The notes under the pieces were generated by a model. That model was not told where the DNA came from and ran no database searches. It saw only the letters and a program-made list of their open reading frames with translations. From Candidatus Poribacteria bacterium (GTDB lineage Bacteria > Poribacteria > WGA-4E > PCPOR2b), in the NCBI GenBank assembly GCA_965198175.1, contig OZ240245.1:2944001-3008000 (forward strand): 64,000 nt of DNA, in the 5' to 3' direction. Of this stretch, positions 47,714-59,059 are shown in pieces. Made by a program: the position numbers and the translations under genes. The stretch's first letter is position 1; every line of letters starts with the position of its first letter.

Positions 47714-49783
47714 ATGCATGAATACGAAACAGAACAGATTCGAAACATCGGGGTTGTTTCGCACTCCAGCGCGGGGAAAACTTCTCTGATTGAAGCGATA
47801 CTCTCCAACGGAGGCGCAGTTGAACGAATGGGGCAAGTGGATGATGGGAACACAGTTGCCGATTACGCCCCGGACGAAATTGCACGCAAAACGACAATTA
47901 ACTGTTCTGTGTGTATTGCCGAATGGAGGGGACACAAACTCAATCTCATTGATACACCCGGCGCGGAAGATTTTTACGGCGATCTTAATAGCGTACTTCG
48001 CGTCGTAGACGCGATAGTAGTGCTGATTGATGCAACAACCGGCGTTGAAGGTGGAACGGAGAAAGTTTGGGAAATCGCCGATAAGTACGAGCTACCAAGG
48101 CTGGTTTTTGTCAACAAAATGGATAAAGAGAACGCGAATTTTGACAACGCCCTAGCCAGTACCAGAGAGATTCTCGAAACAAATACGACGCCGCTGCAGA
48201 CACCGATTGGCAAAGAGGACAACTTTACAGGTGTTGTGGATCTAGTTCAGATGGGAGTATTCACGGAACCCAATGGAAATAAGCCAGCGGCGAAAGCGGA
48301 CATTCCGGCAGATTTACAGGAGCAAGCGGACGTGTCCCGTGAACAACTTGTTGAGGCTGCTGCGGAGAATGATGATGTTCTCATTGAGAAGTTCTTTGAA
48401 GGTACACTAACTGAAGAAGAAATCCTCACAGGGCTTAGCGCAGGCATCCGCGCCAATCAGTTCATCCCGGTGCTCTGCGGTTCTGCGATAAACAACATCG
48501 GTGTTCAACCGCTGATGGACATATTGATAAACTGCTTCCCATCGCCAGTTGAGGCAAAACCGGTTGTAAGCGTAGACGGAGAGACAAATCGAGAGCCCTC
48601 CTCTGACTCGCCCATGGCGGCTATGGTTTTCAAAACACTGGCGGATCCGTTTGCAGGACGTCTGAGTCTCTTCCGAGTTTATTCCGGAATTCTCAAGGGT
48701 GATTCGCAAGTCTACAACGTGGGACAAGATAAGAACGAGCGCGTCGGAAAACTTTCGTTTATGAACGGGAAAACTCTGACAAGCACGGCGCAAATCGGTG
48801 CGGGAGACATCGGCGTCGTCCCTAAGCTGGCTCTGACACAGACAGGTAACACGCTCTGTGAAGTCGGGCAGAAGATTCAACTCCCCGGCATTGAATTTCC
48901 CAAACCCGTGATTTCATTTTCAATCCACCCCGCACGCGAAGGGGATGATGAAAAACTGATAACGACTCTCAACCGAATGTCGGAGGAAGATCCAGCGTTT
49001 CAAATTGAGCGAAACGAAACGACCAAACAGTTATTGGTCGCCGGCATGGGAGAGGTACATATTAGTGTGATACGCGCTCGGATGAAGGACAAGTTCGGAC
49101 TTGAAACAACGGTAGAAATCCCAAAGGTGCCCTATCAAGAAACAATTCGCAGCCGCGTAGCCAACGTACGGGGTCGATACAAACGTCAATCGGGCGGACG
49201 CGGGCAATTTGGAGACGTATGGATTAATCTTGCACCTCTGGAACGCGGCAGTGGTTTCGAGTTTCTCAACAACATTGTGGGCGGCTCCATTCCACGAAAC
49301 TATATTCCGGCAGTCGAAAAAGGCATCCGCGAGTCAATGGCTCAAGGCATACTAGCGGGCTATCCCGTCGTTGACTTCCAAGTCGATCTCTTCGATGGTA
49401 AACACCATCCTGTTGATTCTTCGGATTTCGCCTTCCAAATCGCTGGATCCTTTGCGTTCAGGGAGGCAGCCAACGAAGCAAGACCGGTTCTGCTCGAACC
49501 AATTATGGACGTGACCATATCCGTTCCGGATCAGTTCATGGGAGATGTTATCGGCGATCTCAACAGCAAACGTGGTCGAGTCATGGGAGTGGAGCAGGCG
49601 GGCAGGCGTCAGGTCATCCAAGTACACGTCCCGCTGGTGGAGATGTTCCGCTATTCGATCGATCTTAAATCCATAACGAGCGCGCGAGGTAGCTTCACCA
49701 TGGAATTTTCACGCTATGAAGAAGTTCCCGACGAAATTGCCCAAAAGATTGTTGAGCAATCGAAAACAGAGACTGAAGAGTAG
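47714..49783 (+). CDS. fusA2: Elongation factor G paralog (EF-G2-like)
   Basis: IRNI....H...GKTS, DTPG, NKMD, G.GE.H, RQSGGRGQFG, H.VDSS..AF, LLEPIM; degenerate G1 and switch motifs. Confidence 0.88.
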   Translation: MHEYETEQIRNIGVVSHSSAGKTSLIEAILSNGGAVERMGQVDDGNTVADYAPDEIARKTTINCSVCIAEWRGHKLNLIDTPGAEDFYGDLNSVLRVVDAIVVLIDATTGVEGGTEKVWEIADKYELPRLVFVNKMDKENANFDNALASTREILETNTTPLQTPIGKEDNFTGVVDLVQMGVFTEPNGNKPAAKADIPADLQEQADVSREQLVEAAAENDDVLIEKFFEGTLTEEEILTGLSAGIRANQFIPVLCGSAINNIGVQPLMDILINCFPSPVEAKPVVSVDGETNREPSSDSPMAAMVFKTLADPFAGRLSLFRVYSGILKGDSQVYNVGQDKNERVGKLSFMNGKTLTSTAQIGAGDIGVVPKLALTQTGNTLCEVGQKIQLPGIEFPKPVISFSIHPAREGDDEKLITTLNRMSEEDPAFQIERNETTKQLLVAGMGEVHISVIRARMKDKFGLETTVEIPKVPYQETIRSRVANVRGRYKRQSGGRGQFGDVWINLAPLERGSGFEFLNNIVGGSIPRNYIPAVEKGIRESMAQGILAGYPVVDFQVDLFDGKHHPVDSSDFAFQIAGSFAFREAANEARPVLLEPIMDVTISVPDQFMGDVIGDLNSKRGRVMGVEQAGRRQVIQVHVPLVEMFRYSIDLKSITSARGSFTMEFSRYEEVPDEIAQKIVEQSKTETEE

Positions 49784-49813
49784 CCGATACGCGAATCTGA
49801 GTGGTATACAGCC

Positions 49814-49860
49814 AAAGGCATCCTTGAAGAATACAGTAATGTGTTTCGAGGATGCCTTTT
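49814..49860. terminator. Probable bidirectional intrinsic terminator
   Basis: AAAGGCATCCTTGAA...TTCGAGGATGCCTTTT between convergent genes. Confidence 0.7.
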
Positions 49861-49948
49861 GTTTTCGTAGTGAAGAATGATGTTTAGGCTAGAAATTGTG
49901 GAAAAGGATGTTGCGGTGGAGCAATACGGCGGGATTCGGTTGTTTCGA

Positions 49949-50389
49949 TTAACTAAGGTTTTCCTCCTTGCCATATAACAGAATCGGTGGACGATTGAAT
50001 CGCGCCCGAATCTTGTTGGCTGAAGCAAGCAACACTGGGCGTGCAATCAGTTTGCGCTCAATTTTTCGCTTTCGAGGAAAATCGCAGAGAATTACTCCCA
50101 CAAGGATAGTCAGTACACCTTGCCCTGGGCCTATTAACATTATTAATCCAATGAACAGCGCAATCACACCGAATATGTTTTTCAGAATTCGCAGTAAGAT
50201 TCGAAGAATCGGGTTTGACACAATGCTGATATGATTCTTACGAGTGAAATAATCTGCCGGTAGGCAAATGACTAATGCCAAGATGCTGAGAATACTGACA
50301 ATCAGGGTAATTGCGGACAGAACAAAAATCGCTATCACGTGAGTTTTGACCCAGAGGACAATCGTCTGAATCCACGTGAGTTCTTCCAT
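49949..50389 (-). CDS. PGPGW-family membrane protein
   Basis: LPADYF, KN..G, PGQG.LTIL.G, DFP.K...E, N..R. Confidence 0.8.
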   Translation of the reverse strand: MEELTWIQTIVLWVKTHVIAIFVLSAITLIVSILSILALVICLPADYFTRKNHISIVSNPILRILLRILKNIFGVIALFIGLIMLIGPGQGVLTILVGVILCDFPRKRKIERKLIARPVLLASANKIRARFNRPPILLYGKEENLS

Positions 50390-50450
50390 ATTCATCCTTT
50401 TTTGCAATTCGTTCTTTATGCCTGCAATGATTTAATAATTCACGCAACTC

Positions 50451-51458
50451 TTAGACTTGGGCAGTTGGTTCTTGCACAGTGTCCAGCAAGTGGGAGACTA
50501 CCGAATTGGAGTTGATGCCTTCTGCTTCAGCGTGAAAGTTGGTGAGCACGCGGTGCCGTAAAACGACGTGCGCCATCGATCTAACGTCCTCGCACGAAGC
50601 GTTGAACCGCCCATGTAGAATCGCCCGCGCTTTCGCACCGAGGATAAGGGATTGTCCAGCGCGAGGACCTGCTCCCCATCTCACCCACTGTTGAATAAAG
50701 TCCGGGGCATTTTTGTCGTGAGGACGGGTCGCCCGCGTGAGTTTGACCGCATATTGGATAACGTTATTAGCCGCAGGCACCTGCCGGACAATTTTGTTTA
50801 ATTCCATGATGTCCTCGCCTGAGAGTGCTGACTCAAGTTCAGGTTCATTGACGCTTGTCGTGGACGAAACAATAACAAACTCTTCATCTTCGCTGGGGTA
50901 GTTAATTACAATCTTGAACATAAAACGATCCAACTGCGCCTCTGGCAGCGGATACGTACCTTCCTGCTCAATCGGATTTTGTGTTGCGAGCACGAAGAAT
51001 GGTTGTCGCAAAGGATATGGTGTTCCCCCCGCAGTAACGTGATATTCCTGCATCGCTTCAAGCAGTGCCGCTTGCGTTTTGGGAGGCGTGCGGTTAATTT
51101 CATCGGCAAGCAGGATGTTGGCGAATATTGGACCCTGGATGAAACGAACCTCGCGGTGACCTGTCGACCGATCCTCCTCCAAAACATCTGTACCTATAAT
51201 GTCCGCGGGCATCAAATCCGGCGTGAACTGAATTCTCTTGAACTGCAGATTAAGAATCTGTGCAAGTGTCTTAATCATCAGCGTTTTAGCGAGGCCGGGT
51301 ACCCCTTCAAGAAGGCAGTGTCCACCCGCGAAGAACGTGATAAGAATCTGGTCGATAATGCCCTCTTGACCAACGATTACTTTTTTCAACTGTTTCAGAA
51401 TTAAGTCTCTGCCGCCTATTAGTTTATCGATAGCTTGAATCTCTTCCGTCGCTGGCAT
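50451..51458 (-). CDS. MoxR-family AAA+ ATPase
   Basis: [62 protein letters not shown]. Confidence 0.95.
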   Translation of the reverse strand: MPATEEIQAIDKLIGGRDLILKQLKKVIVGQEGIIDQILITFFAGGHCLLEGVPGLAKTLMIKTLAQILNLQFKRIQFTPDLMPADIIGTDVLEEDRSTGHREVRFIQGPIFANILLADEINRTPPKTQAALLEAMQEYHVTAGGTPYPLRQPFFVLATQNPIEQEGTYPLPEAQLDRFMFKIVINYPSEDEEFVIVSSTTSVNEPELESALSGEDIMELNKIVRQVPAANNVIQYAVKLTRATRPHDKNAPDFIQQWVRWGAGPRAGQSLILGAKARAILHGRFNASCEDVRSMAHVVLRHRVLTNFHAEAEGINSNSVVSHLLDTVQEPTAQV

Positions 51459-51545
51459 GTGGTTTACCCCTTAGCACAAGCAAAAACATAATGTGTAATG
51501 CAGATTGCCTGATGCGTAATCTGCGAATTTGCAGCGCCCACTTTT

Positions 51546-54506
51546 TCACGGCTGGATTAACACCATATGTTTCGTTCCCTTGTTTGAAGCGAGCCTCACG
51601 AGGTCTTTGAGTGCAGGCACCTGATCAACTTCAACTAGAGCCTGCTGCAAACGGAGAATTTGCTTCATTGACAGTTTGCGCTTAGACTTTGTGTAGTTCA
51701 TCTGGACGGATCCAACGCTGTTGTGAAGCTCTCGATTGTCCGGTACAGAGTCCCCAACAAATTGAGATGCCAAATTGACGGTAATTTCGTCCTCAAGGGT
51801 GAGCGTTTTTCCGAGGGTCACTGGGTAGGACCGACTCTGTTCACTCAGCAAGGATTCGTAAGGATGTTTGACGACCGGCAGTTTTAGGACAAATTGGCGA
51901 CCAATGGCAAAAAGGTAGTCGGAACAGTGCCATTTTAACGTAATCTTCAGTCGTTCACTCATCATACCAATATCGCCAATCTCAAAAGAATCTAATGTGG
52001 CGCGATTGTCAAGCTCCAGGTACTTGTGTAGAAACTTTGCTCGCTCAACGGGGCGAAGATTTCTCAATTTACTTCGGAGTATTATGTTGAACTCACCCGT
52101 CACCGTGATTTCTTGAAGAGACTTCACAGAGAGATCGCTTTCCACCTGAATTTGTGTGATTGTGCGCCTTAGATTTTGTTCTGGCGGTGATGTCGGACTT
52201 TTTGCAAAACGAAATAAGCGACTGGTCATCCGTTCACTAGTCTCATGTTCATCTCTCTTATGCTTGAAACTGCTCTGATCTGCGTGGGAACGACTCTGCG
52301 CAGAAATGTCCTCCATGAGAAAATCGGGATTGATGATGAGCGCCCAGCGGTCTTGATTGCTTGCCGGGAAATCGCCAAATGCGCAGGTTTCCACAGTCGA
52401 ATCTAACCAGATAAGATCCGCATCATCATTTTCTTCGACCGCGAGAATCATGTGATTAAAGTAGGCGAGCGACGGAATCTCTCGGATAACACTGCGGGAG
52501 TCGCCAGCGGAGATTAACACAGGATATGACCTAATACCTGTAGCAGCGAGCATAGTACTTAACAATGTCGTTTTATCTTTGCAATCCCCATATTTTTCTT
52601 TGAGAATCAGGGGCGCCGGATGGGGTTTAATCGCCCAAATGCCGAGTTCAATCCCAACATAATTGATGTTTGCGGTGACATATTCGTAAAGTCGCTTAAT
52701 TTTCTCCTTTCGAGTCCAAGCCCCTTTCAGCAACGCTTTTGTTTTCTCTTCAATTTCTGGCGTGATATAGTCTTGCTCCCGGATGAGTGTTGCATACCAT
52801 TCAACCAACATCTCCCAAGAATCGATTGACGAGATGCTGATATTGTATGCTAGGTCTTCGATGGCGGGCATGAACACTTCTTGATGCAATGGAGGCACAT
52901 CGCGCACATCAAATGTATAGGTGCGCGTATAGTTGCTTTCCGTTATCACTGGCTCAATCTGCGGCCCATTGATCTGATAATAGAGCGTTTTCTTTTTAGG
53001 GATATGAACAGTGAAGCGGTAGTATTGCACCGGAGCGGACGTTTGGAAATAGACCTGACGCCAGAATTCATCTCGCATGATGTGTCCTCGATTTTTCGAG
53101 GAGTAAGCGTAATCAATGATGCAGCCGTCGGACATTTCAGGCATTTTGAAGTGCATGAGACGAGCATCGACAAACAAACCGCGTTCGACCGCGCTTGGCG
53201 GAGGAATGTCCTTGACGATTTTTCGCCGATCTAGTTCAAACACCTGACCATTGGACGCGATGGTTCGGGCGTGATGAAGAGTGATATCGTCATTGCCGCG
53301 CGTGTACGGGATACTAACCCCACCGAATTTGTGTCCCCCTTCGTTAAGAATCTTTACAACGCGCCGCGTTGAATAAACAGAACTCACATCTTCATTGATG
53401 TCCAATACCTCAACTTCCCATAGGACGACAGCATTGGCATTTGGATAGCCATCTGTCGCTTTCGTATCAGTAACCAAAATCTCGATTTGTTGCTCATCAG
53501 CTTTTGAAATGAAATTATAAGGAATTGGTGGACTGTGACTTGGTGATGCGACCTTAGCAGGTTTGTCGAAAGATTGGATCGTTGTCTCGGAGATTTTTTC
53601 TCCGCTCCGCTCATCCAGCGCTTCAGCTCCGGACATAGATTGGGTTTCATCCGAATCAGCGGAGAAAGTACCGAAATCGGGCGATGCAGCGGGGATTATT
53701 AGCGGTGAACGCCGTTTCCCGAAGAATGTCTGGTGCGCAAGTAATCCTTCTGCCTCAGTAGCCACATTTTTGCGCGAGGGGATTCCATCTCCATTGTCAT
53801 CGAGGTGCGGGTGTTCCGATTGAACGGCACCATCCTTTTCGTACCAGATTTTAACTCGATTTTGGGTGTATAGAAACGCTTCTAGCAGAGAGATAGCCTG
53901 ATTTCCATCTGTATCCGAGGTTCCATCAGAAAAGGCGTCGATGAAAATATTCCCGAATCCCGATCGCATATACCCTTCATAGAATGAACACGAGACAATA
54001 ATCGTTCGCCCTACTTTGCTGAATTGCGGAACTATGCGCGCGCTGTAAGGGAAACCTAGAATCAGAATCATCTCTTCCGCTGCAATCTGATTGATGCCAT
54101 CTGCAACTTCTACGCCGCTGAAATCTCGCCCCGTAAGATTAAACTTTAGGCCACGTCCAGCTTTCGTCGCATGCCCAATCATAAAGAGGACCAATCGATC
54201 AGTAGACTGTACCTTCTGCGCCATATCGGCGAACACATTTTCGACATTAGTTTTTGTCGATTTTCCATCAACCAGCTCCGGTAATTCTCCACTATCCTCA
54301 AAGAGAAAGCTAATATTCTCAGGTGAATAACCGTATTCGTCCGTGAGTAGTTTGTGCATTCGTGAAGTGGCACGCCAAAACTCATCATAGAAGGATTTCT
54401 CTCCCCCGGCGCCGCCGAGAATCAGAGCATAATCGTCGGCAGATCCATTGTGAGCAGCAAACAAAATTCCAATCCATAGCGTGCAAACAAAACGTGCCCT
54501 TGTCAT
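51546..54506 (-). CDS. Secreted protein: caspase/C13-like N-domain, DUF3857-like domain and transglutaminase-like domain
   Basis: Signal peptide; LFMIGH and EHP.LDDNGDG in the N-domain; G.IIDYAY; GDCKDK, FNH.I, W.D triad. Confidence 0.78.
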   Translation of the reverse strand: MTRARFVCTLWIGILFAAHNGSADDYALILGGAGGEKSFYDEFWRATSRMHKLLTDEYGYSPENISFLFEDSGELPELVDGKSTKTNVENVFADMAQKVQSTDRLVLFMIGHATKAGRGLKFNLTGRDFSGVEVADGINQIAAEEMILILGFPYSARIVPQFSKVGRTIIVSCSFYEGYMRSGFGNIFIDAFSDGTSDTDGNQAISLLEAFLYTQNRVKIWYEKDGAVQSEHPHLDDNGDGIPSRKNVATEAEGLLAHQTFFGKRRSPLIIPAASPDFGTFSADSDETQSMSGAEALDERSGEKISETTIQSFDKPAKVASPSHSPPIPYNFISKADEQQIEILVTDTKATDGYPNANAVVLWEVEVLDINEDVSSVYSTRRVVKILNEGGHKFGGVSIPYTRGNDDITLHHARTIASNGQVFELDRRKIVKDIPPPSAVERGLFVDARLMHFKMPEMSDGCIIDYAYSSKNRGHIMRDEFWRQVYFQTSAPVQYYRFTVHIPKKKTLYYQINGPQIEPVITESNYTRTYTFDVRDVPPLHQEVFMPAIEDLAYNISISSIDSWEMLVEWYATLIREQDYITPEIEEKTKALLKGAWTRKEKIKRLYEYVTANINYVGIELGIWAIKPHPAPLILKEKYGDCKDKTTLLSTMLAATGIRSYPVLISAGDSRSVIREIPSLAYFNHMILAVEENDDADLIWLDSTVETCAFGDFPASNQDRWALIINPDFLMEDISAQSRSHADQSSFKHKRDEHETSERMTSRLFRFAKSPTSPPEQNLRRTITQIQVESDLSVKSLQEITVTGEFNIILRSKLRNLRPVERAKFLHKYLELDNRATLDSFEIGDIGMMSERLKITLKWHCSDYLFAIGRQFVLKLPVVKHPYESLLSEQSRSYPVTLGKTLTLEDEITVNLASQFVGDSVPDNRELHNSVGSVQMNYTKSKRKLSMKQILRLQQALVEVDQVPALKDLVRLASNKGTKHMVLIQP

Positions 54507-54688
54507 AGCAAACTATTCCTAAGGTAGGTGGTTAATTGCGAGATTGATTTACTGGTAATGGGCAACCTCTGGAGGAATAGCCTTCACAGCAGTCGGCAGC
54601 CGAAGGCTGAACCCACAGAATCGGCTCAGAGACTTAGAAAGTTAAAGCGGAAGGTTCTCCAAGATTTATACAAGCAGATATGCTCCTT

Positions 54689-56110
54689 CTACGAATCACT
54701 AAGATGGAATATTGCCATCTTGAATTCGGTCATTTCTTCCACCGCGTACTTGGGACCCTCCTTGCCCATGCCGCTCTCTTTTACCCCTCCATAAGGCATC
54801 AAGTCAGCCCTCCACTGGGTTCCCCAATTGACCATCAGGTTTCCCGATTCGACCTCGCGCACAAACTTCATCGCCCAATCGATGTTTTGGGTGAAAATTC
54901 CGGCGCTCAATCCATAATTCGTGTCGTTGGCTAGTGCAATGGCATCATCAATATTCGCCACGCGGGTTACTCCAACAACCGGTCCGAAGATTTCGTCGCA
55001 CGAGATTTTCATCTCTGGCTTCACGTTCGCGACGACTGTAGGATTATAAATCTGGCCGTTCCTTCCTCCACCTGCGAGCAATTCAGCGCCATCACCGAGA
55101 GCTTCTTGCACCCATTCATCTACTCGGACGGCATCTGACTCCCGGATCATCGGCCCCATACGTGTAGGCTCATCGAGCGGATCGCCAGTAGTGATACCTT
55201 CAACTGTCGCTTTGAAAGCGTCGAGAAAGTCGCCGTAAATCTTTTCGTGAGCAATAACTCGCTGAGTTGAGATGCAAACCTGACCGGCGTTTGAGTAACC
55301 GGATGCCGCCGCAGCTTTGGCAACCTTTTCTGGGTCTGCGTCAGGCATAACGATGAGCGGGGAGTTTGAACCCAACTCCATCGTCACTCGTTTAAGCCCA
55401 GCAACATGGCAAATATGTTCGCCGATATCACGGCTACCGGTGAAGGTAATCTTCCGGACGCGCCGGTCAGCACAAAGTGCGTCTCCAATTTCTCCGCCCT
55501 GGCCAGTCAAACATTGAATCGCTTCTGGCGGTGTGCCAGCCTCCAAGAGTATCTCAACAAGCCTTAGTGCCGACAGGGGTGTATCTGTAGCAGGTTTGAC
55601 GACAATAGCGTTTCCGGCCGCCAGCGCGGGCCCGACCTTATGGCACACAAGGTGCAGCGGAAAGTTGAAGGGACTTATGCCCACAACGACACCACATGGT
55701 ACTCGCACGGTAAAGCCGAATTTGCCGTGAGCACCCGGCGCACCGTCAAGCGGAACAACCTCGCCATAAAGCCGTTTGGCTTCTTCAGCCGAAAGTGCAA
55801 TAATCTCTGCAGCACGACTAGCTTCCATGCGCCCCTCAGCGAGAATCTTGCCTTCTTCCAATGTGATCGTGCGCCCCAAATCATCCGCACGTTCCGCCAT
55901 CAGTTCTGAGGCTTTGTGAAGGATTTCGTAACGCTCATAGCCGGTCAATTTTGCCATGACTTTTGCACCGCGCACTGCAGTTTCAATAGCTTTCTCGACA
56001 TCGTTGACATCTGATTTGGGAATGGTGTCGACAACCGAACTGTCATAAGGGTTCAACACATCAATCTTCTGGGGTCTGTCAACCCACTCACCGCCAATGT
56101 GCATTCTCAT
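54689..56110 (-). CDS. NAD(P)-dependent aldehyde dehydrogenase
   Basis: PFNFP, FTGS, MELG, GQVCIS, EIFGPV, PYGG.K.SG.G.EG. Confidence 0.96.
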   Translation of the reverse strand: MRMHIGGEWVDRPQKIDVLNPYDSSVVDTIPKSDVNDVEKAIETAVRGAKVMAKLTGYERYEILHKASELMAERADDLGRTITLEEGKILAEGRMEASRAAEIIALSAEEAKRLYGEVVPLDGAPGAHGKFGFTVRVPCGVVVGISPFNFPLHLVCHKVGPALAAGNAIVVKPATDTPLSALRLVEILLEAGTPPEAIQCLTGQGGEIGDALCADRRVRKITFTGSRDIGEHICHVAGLKRVTMELGSNSPLIVMPDADPEKVAKAAAASGYSNAGQVCISTQRVIAHEKIYGDFLDAFKATVEGITTGDPLDEPTRMGPMIRESDAVRVDEWVQEALGDGAELLAGGGRNGQIYNPTVVANVKPEMKISCDEIFGPVVGVTRVANIDDAIALANDTNYGLSAGIFTQNIDWAMKFVREVESGNLMVNWGTQWRADLMPYGGVKESGMGKEGPKYAVEEMTEFKMAIFHLSDS

Positions 56111-56762
56111 CGTAAATTACCTCCATTAGGTTTTCTAAGTTGAAGCCAGAAATTTCAGAATTGAATCCAGAACTTGTTAACGAGAAACGCCTGTTACATT
56201 ATTCAGTCAAGGCAATTCTAGTGAACATTATCTCACAGTTAATTACTGAAATGCAACCGATTTTTCCTTTCTGATGAACAAGCTTCTGCGGGGCTCCTCT
56301 TCTCCAAGCTTGGTCCAAGCTTAGACGTTGGTTTCAAACTGATTCGCTTGCGACCCAAAAGAATAAAGAGTAGGTCTATTGATAGGCTTCCATTAGTTTG
56401 TTCAAAACACAATCTATCACCAAATTCAGTCCTCAAAGGATTTCCCGTCTGAGAAATATGCATCCTTTGGAGATCGTCTGCGCTTAAGACCGACAAACCT
56501 GCCTCTTCAACATGAGGGTAGTTCTCGTTTAAAATGGTGCAGGATTCATCAGGACGGAAGATTGGAAGGGAAAAGGAGAGCGATTAACGGATTAAGGAAG
56601 AGAAATCCCAAGGGAAGAAAAACTTCCGGAAAAAAATGAACTATGCTCAAAAGTATACCACTCTATTCGTCAGAATTCGCACCATAGCTGTCCCTGTGAC
56701 GCTGTGTGTTCATGTTCCCATAGCTTTTCTCTCAAACATTTCGTGATAGTGTGCAGCAAAGC

Positions 56763-57578
56763 CTACCCAACTTCCTCACCATCCAGCCTACCGACGTGCA
56801 GATCAATCTCCTCACGGGTCTCAATCTTTTCCACTTTGCCATCTGCCATATAGAAAATGCGATCCGATACGTCAAGCATCTTTGTATCGTGGGTAGCTGT
56901 AATGATTGTCACCCCATTTTCTTCATTCAACTGTTTCAGAAGGGCGATTATCTCCAGCCCTGTTTGAGTGTCGAGATTGCCGGTCGGCTCATCCGCTAGC
57001 ACGATTGCCGGATCGTTAGCGAGGGAGCGGGCAACGGCAACGCGCTGTTGTTGTCCACCGGAGAGTTCAAGCGGTTTATGCTGGATCCGATCGCCTAATC
57101 CTACAAGTGCAAGCAAGTCTGCTCCCTTTTGGCGACTATCATCGGCAGTCATACCGCCAAAAATCATCGGTAGGGATACGTTTTCCAGAGCAGTCATCAC
57201 AGGAATGAGATTGAACGATTGGAAAATGTAGCCGATTTTGCGACAGCGAAGCCATGCCAACTCATATGCATCTAACTGCGCAATATCTACCTCATCAATA
57301 TACACCCTGCCTTCCGTTGGTTTATCCAAACCCCCAATCATGTTAAAAAGCGTCGATTTACCACTTCCAGAAGGGCCTATAATCGAAATGTACTCGCCTC
57401 GACGAATTTCAAAATTAACACCTTGTAAAGCACCGATGATACTCGAACCCATCTCATATCTCTTTATCAAGTTCCTTACACGTACAGTGTTTTCCTTCGG
57501 CAATTGTCGCTTAACTCGCTCAGTAGTTTCAATTGGAACAACACCACTATTTGTATCTATCGCCAGGGATTCTGCCAT
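56763..57578 (-). CDS. ABC ATPase (LolD/MacB type)
   Basis: [30 protein letters not shown]. Confidence 0.95.
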   Translation of the reverse strand: MAESLAIDTNSGVVPIETTERVKRQLPKENTVRVRNLIKRYEMGSSIIGALQGVNFEIRRGEYISIIGPSGSGKSTLFNMIGGLDKPTEGRVYIDEVDIAQLDAYELAWLRCRKIGYIFQSFNLIPVMTALENVSLPMIFGGMTADDSRQKGADLLALVGLGDRIQHKPLELSGGQQQRVAVARSLANDPAIVLADEPTGNLDTQTGLEIIALLKQLNEENGVTIITATHDTKMLDVSDRIFYMADGKVEKIETREEIDLHVGRLDGEEVG

Positions 57579-57581
57579 CTA

Positions 57582-57998
57582 TTACATTCCTCCTTTTGTT
57601 TTTTTGGAGACAGCAAATCCAATAATGTTGCGTTTGCCCAACTGCCGCATAAAAGTAAACAGCGACGTTTCTGCCTCTTTCCGTGTCATGCGATATTGCA
57701 TACTAAGGTGTTTGACGATTTGGTTAATCGAATTATTACCATCGCACAGTTGCCATACATAAGACCCAACATCGTCCAGAACAATCACGCGTTTGTTGGG
57801 CAGCGAAAAAACCTTGGAAGCAACCCGAATCCATAGTTTCTGCTGCTGGGGAATGACGAGTGAAACCTCCTCTTTATCATCCACTTCCCATTTGATTAAC
57901 TGGTTACGAAGCGGTAACGCGTCCAAGATGCGCCCCCGGTCAAATGGCGTATCTGGTCGCTTTTTGAGTCTGAGTTTGTAAAGGATAGCGTCGATCAT
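57582..57998 (-). CDS. PqqD-family / RiPP recognition element (RRE)-like protein
   Basis: LD.VG..VW.LCDG..SI..I...L...Y......AE..L..F...L winged-helix pattern. Confidence 0.8.
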   Translation of the reverse strand: MIDAILYKLRLKKRPDTPFDRGRILDALPLRNQLIKWEVDDKEEVSLVIPQQQKLWIRVASKVFSLPNKRVIVLDDVGSYVWQLCDGNNSINQIVKHLSMQYRMTRKEAETSLFTFMRQLGKRNIIGFAVSKKTKGGM

Positions 57999-58017
57999 TC
58001 TCGTTTCATTTTTTGTT

Positions 58018-58950
58018 CTAGTGGCATCGAATGCTTGACGTAACTCCGTCTACTGTCTTAGCCGCATCACGCTTCGCAACTGCTTGTACAACATAGATAC
58101 GATTGGACTGGTAGCAATGCCGGATGTATACGGCAAAGGCCTGTCGGCGCAGAATTTTATCAATAATCAATACAGGCGCAAAGGGAATATGATCGGTTAG
58201 GCGGGTTTGCTCACCGATCAGCGTGAATTGCTCGTCTCCATCGTCGAATTGGAGAGATTCCATTTCGAAGCCATATCCCCGGATCGCCTTGGCATACTTC
58301 GCTCGAAACCAAGACTCCAAATCGTTTTCTTTCAGAGTTATATTCGCTAGTCCATATCGCTCAATTGAAAGCTTGCGGCTGCCATCAACGAAAGAAAGTA
58401 ACAGATAGCCGGATAAGAATTGATGTTTCTCGAGTCGATATCGGCGTGGCACTTCAACGTTGAGTTGGTATGCTGTCCAAAGCGGCGTCGGTCCGGTTGG
58501 ATGATCTTGAAGCGAAGTCAAGATGCGCATGGTTGTCGTGCGGAGATTTTCTTTGAGATGTCCCATCACTTGGACAATTGTAATTCGTTTGCACGTGTGA
58601 CAGTGGCAGATTACTCCGCTCGCTCGGTAATTTCCCTTCCAACTAAAGAATACCCCATCTCGACCGTCAAGGAACGACTCATCCTTGATGAGATTGACAT
58701 TCCGCTGGATGTGAAGTTTAGCTTCTTTACGCTTCAAATTCTTGCGGATAAGTTTGAAATATTCATCCAAAACGCGATGCAGATCCGGCTTCTTCTGCTT
58801 CGAAACAGACCACTTTAACTCCAGACGAGGCAACATCTCATCATCCAGCCGAAGATACCCCTTTTTCTCGTCACCAGATAATCCGCTCAACTCCCAGTTG
58901 GTGGGAATTTCCAGTGTGATACCCGCCCAACCGAAATTTGTCCATTCCAT
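58018..58950 (-). CDS. Hypothetical protein with two similar halves
   Basis: Long ORF within the operon; FGWAGITLEIP..W and W..Y.L.VEVP..Y repeats. Confidence 0.8.
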   Translation of the reverse strand: MEWTNFGWAGITLEIPTNWELSGLSGDEKKGYLRLDDEMLPRLELKWSVSKQKKPDLHRVLDEYFKLIRKNLKRKEAKLHIQRNVNLIKDESFLDGRDGVFFSWKGNYRASGVICHCHTCKRITIVQVMGHLKENLRTTTMRILTSLQDHPTGPTPLWTAYQLNVEVPRRYRLEKHQFLSGYLLLSFVDGSRKLSIERYGLANITLKENDLESWFRAKYAKAIRGYGFEMESLQFDDGDEQFTLIGEQTRLTDHIPFAPVLIIDKILRRQAFAVYIRHCYQSNRIYVVQAVAKRDAAKTVDGVTSSIRCH

Positions 58951-59059
58951 AACGTCATACGTGATGTGTGAAAATCTTACCTGACATGCCCACCATGGAT
59001 TCGTTAAGATGTGTTAAACTGCACACCTGTCATCTGACGTATCACGCAGACATTGTCCG

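Noticed and set aside
56239..56560. Short ORF or possible pseudogene between the ABC ATPase and the aldehyde dehydrogenase
   Set aside because: No recognisable motif or convincing start; cannot be supported
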